A stretch of 64,000 nt of DNA, from the IMG/VR virus record IMGVR_UViG_3300029702_000002; one strand, written 5' to 3'. The notes beneath the pieces are model-generated. The model was not told the origin of the DNA and did no database searches. It saw nothing but the letters and a program-made list of their open reading frames with translations. Of this stretch, positions 58,821-64,000 are shown in pieces. How positions within the stretch are numbered: position 1 is the stretch's first letter; every line of letters starts with the position of its first letter. Origin of the DNA: a virus (lineage: Duplodnaviria; Heunggongvirae; Uroviricota; Caudoviricetes). Position numbers and translations under genes: made by a program.

Positions 58821-59120
58821 TTACCATTGCCAGCACTCAAGCCCTTCAACGACCGGTGCGCCACAATCAAAATGTACAGAGTCAAAGCCTACATCAAGTA
58901 CTTTCTGAATGTTCGCAATCGCGCCCTCGGATATACCATATCGACGCAACTCATCTTTCCAGTCATCGTCCTGTAACCCGGCGTGGACAATGCAACCGTA
59001 CTCAATTTGTGAAACCCAATCCAGCTCATTGCTTGCGATCATGAATCGGCGAGCATCTTCCTCTGATGTATGAGATGAGCTGATCAATGCCACCTGGTAG
59101 GCTTGGGTAATGTTCAACAT
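58821..59120 (-). CDS. Hypothetical protein (99 aa); rightmost prophage gene
   Basis: Preceded by two copies of the shared AAACAA-N-TTGTTT operator element (59133-59148, 59184-59198). Confidence 0.5.
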   Translation of the reverse strand: MLNITQAYQVALISSSHTSEEDARRFMIASNELDWVSQIEYGCIVHAGLQDDDWKDELRRYGISEGAIANIQKVLDVGFDSVHFDCGAPVVEGLECWQW

Positions 59121-59236
59121 TTAAACCACTCCAAAACAAGTTGTTTTCTTATGTGGTTTATTATCTCAATCAACAAAAGGCAGAAAACAAATTGTTTTAG
59201 GGTATGTGTAAATCAGAAGGGATTGTGTCTAAATGA

Positions 59237-59265
59237 AAATGCCCAGCGTATTGCCGGGCATTGTG
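59237..59265 (-). terminator. metG intrinsic terminator
   Basis: GC hairpin (GCCCGGCAATACGCTGGGC on gene strand) with flanking T-run just after metG stop. Confidence 0.6.
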
Positions 59266-59281
59266 AAGAATGGTTGCTTAA

Positions 59282-61315
59282 TTACTTAACCTGGTGGCCT
59301 GGTTTAGCACCAGCATCCGGGCTTAACAGGAAGATATCTTTCCCGCCGGGGCCAGCAGCCATCACCATGCCTTCGGAGATACCGAAGCGCATTTTACGCG
59401 GAGCCAGGTTGGCCACCATAATGGTGTGACGACCAATCAGTGCCTGTGGATCTGGATAAGCGGAACGAATGCCGGAGAAGACATTACGTTTTTCGCCACC
59501 GAGATCCAGCGTCAGGCGAAGCAGTTTGTCAGAACCTTCGACAAACTCCGCGTTTTCAATCAGAGCCACGCGCAGGTCAACTTTGGCGAAGTCGTCAAAG
59601 GTGATGGTTTCCTGAATCGGATCATCTGCCAGTGGGCCAGTTACTGGCGCGGCAGCGGCTTTTACTTCCTCTTTGGATGCTTCCACCAGTGCTTCAACCT
59701 GCTTCATGTCGATGCGGTTATACAGTGCCTTGAACGGATTCACTTTATGGCCCAGCAGCGGTTGCTGGATACCATCCCAGGTCAGTTCTGTATTCAGGAA
59801 TGCTTCTGCACGTTCAGTCAGTTTCGGCAGTACCGGTTTCAGGTACGTCATCAGCACGCGGAACAGGTTAATGCCCATAGAGCAAATCGCCTGCAGATCG
59901 GCATCGCGCCCTTCCTGCTTCGCCACCACCCACGGAGCCTGTTCATCGACATAGCGGTTAGCCAGATCAGCCAGCGCCATGATTTCACGAATCGCTTTAC
60001 CAAATTCGCGGCTTTCCCATGCTTCACCAATCACTTCAGCAGCATCAGTAAAGGTTTTGTACAGTTGCGGGTCAGCCAGTTCGCTTGCCAGCACGCCGTC
60101 AAAACGCTTGTTGATAAAGCCTGCATTACGGGAGGCCAGGTTAACCACTTTGTTCACGATATCGGCATTCACGCGCTGAACGAAATCCTCCAGGTTGAGA
60201 TCGATATCATCAATGCGCGAAGAGAGTTTCGCAGTGTAGTAGTAACGCAGGCTGTCAGCGTCAAAATGATTCAGCCAGGTGCTGGCTTTAATAAAGGTGC
60301 CGCGAGACTTGGACATCTTCGCACCGTTCACCGTCACATAGCCATGAACAAACAGGTTGGTCGGCTTGCGGAAATTGCTGCCTTCCAGCATGGCAGGCCA
60401 GAACAGGCTGTGGAAGTAAACGATATCTTTACCGATGAAGTGGTACAGCTCGGCGGTGGAGTCTTTCTTCCAGTATTCGTCGAAGCTGGTAGTGTCGCCG
60501 CGTTTGTCGCACAGATTCTTGAAGGAACCCATGTAGCCAATCGGCGCGTCCAGCCAGACGTAGAAATATTTGCCCGGTGCGTTCGGAATTTCAAAACCGA
60601 AGTACGGCGCATCGCGGGAGATATCCCACTGTTGCAGGCCAGATTCAAACCACTCCTGCATTTTGTTTGCCACCTGCTCCTGCAACGCACCGCTGCGGGT
60701 CCATGCCTGCAACATTTCGCTGAAAGAAGGCAGATCAAAGAAGAAGTGTTCGGAATCACGCATTACCGGCGTAGCACCAGAAACTACCGATTTCGGCTCG
60801 ATCAGTTCAGTCGGGCTGTAAGTAGCGCCGCAGACTTCACAGTTATCGCCGTATTGATCCGGTGCTTTACATTTCGGGCAGGTGCCTTTCACAAAACGGT
60901 CCGGCAGGAACATGCCTTTTTCCGGATCGTACAGCTGAGAGATGGTGCGGTTTTTAATAAAACCGTTCTCTTTCAGGCGAGTATAGATAAGCTCGGACAA
61001 CTGACGGTTCTCTTCGCTGTGCGTCGAGTGATAGTTGTCATAGCTGATGTTAAAGCCTGCAAAATCAGTCTGGTGTTCCTGACTCATTTCGCCAATCATC
61101 TGTTCCGGTGTGATACCAAGCTGCTGTGCTTTCAGCATGATCGGTGTGCCGTGGGCATCGTCGGCACAGATGAAATTAACCTCGTGGCCGCGCATTCGCT
61201 GGTAACGAACCCAGACATCAGCCTGGATGTGCTCCAGCATATGGCCGAGGTGGATTGAGCCGTTAGCGTACGGCAGCGCGCACGTCACCAGAATTTTCTT
61301 CGCGACTTGGGTCAT
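59282..61315 (-). CDS. metG: Methionine--tRNA ligase
   Basis: Translation from [25 protein letters not shown] (HIGH motif), KMSKS motif, C-terminal ...AKPGHQVK; start placed at internal Met 44 of the 720-aa ORF to give the 677-aa enterobacterial MetG. Confidence 0.95.
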   Translation of the reverse strand: MTQVAKKILVTCALPYANGSIHLGHMLEHIQADVWVRYQRMRGHEVNFICADDAHGTPIMLKAQQLGITPEQMIGEMSQEHQTDFAGFNISYDNYHSTHSEENRQLSELIYTRLKENGFIKNRTISQLYDPEKGMFLPDRFVKGTCPKCKAPDQYGDNCEVCGATYSPTELIEPKSVVSGATPVMRDSEHFFFDLPSFSEMLQAWTRSGALQEQVANKMQEWFESGLQQWDISRDAPYFGFEIPNAPGKYFYVWLDAPIGYMGSFKNLCDKRGDTTSFDEYWKKDSTAELYHFIGKDIVYFHSLFWPAMLEGSNFRKPTNLFVHGYVTVNGAKMSKSRGTFIKASTWLNHFDADSLRYYYTAKLSSRIDDIDLNLEDFVQRVNADIVNKVVNLASRNAGFINKRFDGVLASELADPQLYKTFTDAAEVIGEAWESREFGKAIREIMALADLANRYVDEQAPWVVAKQEGRDADLQAICSMGINLFRVLMTYLKPVLPKLTERAEAFLNTELTWDGIQQPLLGHKVNPFKALYNRIDMKQVEALVEASKEEVKAAAAPVTGPLADDPIQETITFDDFAKVDLRVALIENAEFVEGSDKLLRLTLDLGGEKRNVFSGIRSAYPDPQALIGRHTIMVANLAPRKMRFGISEGMVMAAGPGGKDIFLLSPDAGAKPGHQVK

Positions 61316-61472
61316 AGTAGGCATTACTTCTTTGTAGTGAAAAGGGGCTTGATAGTAACAAAATGGCCTTATGTCTGCCATGTGATAACAGCATTTCTCA
61401 TAAATGATTAAATGTCGTAGCTGGAGTACACTACAAGGCGACAATTGCGCAAATTAAAATAAAGGAGACGGG

Positions 61473-62573
61473 ATGAGCGAGTCCAAATCGCCGGATGCCC
61501 TGAGAGCAATGGTAGCCGGTACGCTGGCTAATTTTCAGCACCCAACCCTGAAACACAACCTGACTACGCTTAAAGCGTTACACCATGTTGCGTTGATGGA
61601 TGACACACTGCATGTCGAACTAATCATGCCTTTCGTGTGGAATAAGCCTTTTGAAGACCTGAAAGAGCAATGTAGTGGTGATCTGCTCCGTATCACTAGC
61701 GCAAAGGCTATTGACTGGAAGCTGTCGTACAACATTGCCACGCTTAAGCGCGTCAAAAACCAACCAGGCATTAATGGCGTGAAGAACATCATTGCGGTCA
61801 GCTCCGGTAAAGGCGGCGTGGGTAAATCCTCCACGGCGGTAAACCTGGCGCTGGCGCTGGCGGCTGAAGGTGCGAAAGTTGGTATTCTGGATGCCGATAT
61901 CTACGGGCCATCAATTCCAACCATGCTGGGCGCGGAAAACCAACGTCCAACCTCACCGGACGGTACTCACATGGCACCTATCATGTCTCATGGCCTGGCA
62001 ACCAATTCAATTGGCTATCTGGTCACCGACGACAATGCAATGGTGTGGCGTGGACCGATGGCCAGCAAGGCGCTGATGCAGATGTTGCAGGAAACACTGT
62101 GGCCTGATCTGGACTATCTCGTTCTCGATATGCCGCCGGGCACTGGTGATATTCAGTTGACGCTGGCGCAGAACATTCCTGTAACTGGTGCGGTTGTGGT
62201 AACTACGCCGCAAGACATCGCGCTGATCGATGCGAAGAAAGGCATTGTGATGTTCGAAAAAGTCGAAGTGCCGGTACTGGGTATCGTCGAAAACATGAGT
62301 GTGCATATTTGCAGTAACTGCGGTCATCACGAGCCAATTTTTGGCACCGGTGGCGCACAGAAACTGGCCGAGAAATACAACACGCAGTTGTTAGGCCAAA
62401 TGCCACTTCATATCTCTCTTCGTGAAGATCTGGATAACGGAACACCAACCGTTATTAGTCGTCCAGATAGCGAATTTACGGCTATTTATCGTGACCTCGC
62501 AGATCGCGTTGCTGCCCAAATGTATTGGCAAGGTGAAGTAATACCTGGCGAAATCGCATTCCGCGCAGTGTGA
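61473..62573 (+). CDS. apbC: Fe-S cluster carrier ATPase ApbC/Mrp
   Basis: AVSSGKGGVGKSSTAVNLALALA Walker A and CxxC motif; near-identical to enterobacterial Mrp by recall; divergent from metG as in E. coli. Confidence 0.95.
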   Translation: MSESKSPDALRAMVAGTLANFQHPTLKHNLTTLKALHHVALMDDTLHVELIMPFVWNKPFEDLKEQCSGDLLRITSAKAIDWKLSYNIATLKRVKNQPGINGVKNIIAVSSGKGGVGKSSTAVNLALALAAEGAKVGILDADIYGPSIPTMLGAENQRPTSPDGTHMAPIMSHGLATNSIGYLVTDDNAMVWRGPMASKALMQMLQETLWPDLDYLVLDMPPGTGDIQLTLAQNIPVTGAVVVTTPQDIALIDAKKGIVMFEKVEVPVLGIVENMSVHICSNCGHHEPIFGTGGAQKLAEKYNTQLLGQMPLHISLREDLDNGTPTVISRPDSEFTAIYRDLADRVAAQMYWQGEVIPGEIAFRAV

Positions 62574-62575
62574 TA

Positions 62576-62600
62576 AAAAGGCGGTGCATTGCACCGCCTA
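62576..62600. terminator. Bidirectional terminator hairpin (AGGCGGTGCATTGCACCGCCT) between apbC and the UmuD'-like gene
   Basis: GC palindrome flanked by A-run and T/A-rich sequence. Confidence 0.55.
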
Positions 62601-62610
62601 ATCAGTTCTC

Positions 62611-63000
62611 CTACATCACGGGACAATCATCAAACTCGCCACTTCTTGCGTCGTTGATAATGTGAGTGATCACACCAAACACGGCATTGCTGCCCGTGCA
62701 TCCATCGTCATCCTTTGGCAATGCTTCCTTCTTACCGGTTCTTAAATCCTCCAGATGCTGACGTGGGTACTTCCGGTATCTTTTTACGCGATATTCCCCA
62801 TCCAGAGCGCATACAAGCAGAGAACCATCAACCGGGGTAAGTGAGGAATCGACCACCAGCAATGCACCCTGTAATATTCCCTCACGATGATGACTATCAG
62901 CTGCCCTCATGAAGTAGGTCGCTGAAGGATGTCTAATTATCTGCTGATCAAGAGAAATACGGCTCTCAGCATAATCCGCCGCAGGAGAAGGGAAGCCCAT
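62611..63000 (-). CDS. UmuD'-like (S24 peptidase-fold, pre-processed form) protein, apparently lacking Ser/Lys dyad
   Basis: 129-aa product starts MGFPSPAADY (UmuD begins ...CGFPSPAADY after its cleavable N-terminus); SGDSM region replaced by AADSHH; no umuC partner downstream. Confidence 0.65.
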   Translation of the reverse strand: MGFPSPAADYAESRISLDQQIIRHPSATYFMRAADSHHREGILQGALLVVDSSLTPVDGSLLVCALDGEYRVKRYRKYPRQHLEDLRTGKKEALPKDDDGCTGSNAVFGVITHIINDARSGEFDDCPVM

Positions 63001-63016
63001 AATACTCGCCTCTTAA

Positions 63017-63036
63017 TACTGTATGCACATACAGTA
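63017..63036. promoter_or_regulatory. LexA (SOS) box TACTGTATGCACATACAGTA
   Basis: CTGT-N8-ACAG consensus, 17 bp upstream of UmuD'-like start codon. Confidence 0.8.
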
Positions 63037-63662
63037 TATATTGAAGCTATATATTTTTGAACTCTATCTCTTAAAAAAGATGTTAATAAGATGCTAACTA
63101 TTGAAAGGCATAAATATATACAATTCAAACAAACGTTATTTTTAACAAATTTTTTCTTCCCATTGACTTTTTCAAACGCCTTGTCCGGTCTAAAGTGCGC
63201 AGAAGTCACTTTTTCCTTCCTGAGTTATCCACAGGCTTATGCACTTGCATGAAAAATCTATTCACACTATCTTAATTCGCAAGACACTGATGTTGCAGTA
63301 TTGAGGGTATGTTGGGTTAAAAATAGACATTAAAAAGCCCAGTTGACTAGGCTGGGCTTTTTAAAAGGAAACAGAGTTTGCGGCTCTGTTCCTGAGCCAT
63401 AAGTATCTGGCGACTGAATTAAGATTAACCGAATGTACTGGATTCATCAAGAAACGTTGAGTGGTCATACCAGGTAATAATGACCATTTACTAAACATCG
63501 TTGTTCTCAAAGAAGATTTAAGTCCAGGTTTTTGGTGACTCTAAAACCTTACCTTAACTCGAAATCGTGCCGTAAGTATCTGGCGACTACAGATATTGCA
63601 ACTGCAAAGGCAAGCCCAAAGGTATTTGCAGCTAGGCGCGATAAAACTAAGTGAGGCCTGTT

Positions 63663-63746
63663 ATGGTTAACTTACTGTTCAAAATCGTGCCGCCGATGTT
63701 CGCGATTATCAAAGCGATCATTGAGTACGTAAACCAGCGTCCATAA
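63663..63746 (+). CDS. Candidate small hydrophobic peptide (27 aa, MVNLLFKIVPPMFAIIKAIIEYVNQRP)
   Basis: Short ORF with GTGAGG site; speculative. Confidence 0.2.
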   Translation: MVNLLFKIVPPMFAIIKAIIEYVNQRP

Positions 63747-63801
63747 CGCTAGTTGCTACAGGCCCCATCAAGAGCATGGGGCCTCTTTATCGTACTATTG
63801 C

Positions 63802-64000
63802 TTATTTTTTACGGACTGAGTTGTTCACTGCTCTGGCAATTTTCTCCCGCAATTGCTGCGCTCCGTGGTACTGAACCGCAATATCCCGCAACTCGTTCAC
63901 CAGTTCTCTAATCTGGTGATCTTTAAGCTCATTATTTGGGTGATGGGTAACAACTCTGGTTAATTCACCCTTGTCTTTTGCTCTTACGTATGCAGCTCTT
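63802..64000 (-). CDS. Hypothetical protein, C-terminal fragment (N-terminus outside window)
   Basis: Open frame to window end, stop at 63802-63804; product ends ...IRELVNELRDIAVQYHGAQQLREKIARAVNNSVRKK. Confidence 0.3.
   Translation of the reverse strand, partial: RAAYVRAKDKGELTRVVTHHPNNELKDHQIRELVNELRDIAVQYHGAQQLREKIARAVNNSVRKK

Larger units (their letters stand above)
1..59230. mobile_element. Integrated siphovirus-type prophage; left end beyond window start, right end adjacent to metG 3' terminus
   Basis: Integrase at left edge transcribed toward window start; contiguous phage replication, lysis, head, tail and terminase genes; host genes metG/apbC resume at 59.28 kb; shared phage regulatory motifs extend to about 59.2 kb. 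Confidence 0.8.

Noticed and set aside
1-59230. Interpretation as a virulent phage genome
   Set aside because: An integrase at the left edge, flanking host genes in the same contig and toxin-antitoxin/partition cargo indicate an integrated temperate element, despite the replication gene set typical of virulent phages
59426-61258. 610-aa plus-strand ORF
   Set aside because: Antisense to metG, whose identity is unambiguous

Overview
The window is an Escherichia-type chromosome segment dominated by one integrated tailed prophage (positions 1 to about 59.2 kb), followed by the host genes metG and apbC/mrp and an SOS-regulated UmuD'-like gene. The prophage has a tyrosine integrase at the left edge (C-terminus runs off the window), three phage tRNAs (Ser-UGA, Thr-UGU, Asn-GUU), a replication set (ATP-dependent DNA ligase, zinc-finger/TOPRIM primase, DnaB-like helicase, SF2 helicase, ParA/ParG-like partition pair), a TacA/TacT-like toxin-antitoxin pair, a lysis cassette, and a long leftward late operon from small/large terminase through portal, capsid, tape measure and lambda M/L/K/I/J-like tail tip proteins to a 1345-aa tail fibre. 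The most unusual content is regulatory and accessory: a 13-bp palindrome (AAACAA-N-TTGTTT) upstream of many early genes, a GTAAGTA/TACTTAC inverted-repeat family in intergenic regions, two identical 55-bp palindromes 31 kb apart, an array of single-gene cassettes sharing promoter and 3' hairpin, an ORF-free GT-skewed repeat region with iteron-like repeats, and several AT-rich candidate defence or exclusion modules (HEPN-like Rx4H protein next to int, an ABC-ATPase/GNAT/ParB-like operon upstream of the terminase, a three-gene AT-rich cassette). All calls rest on reading the sequence and ORF translations by eye; no database search was run, and CDS starts are approximate where noted.
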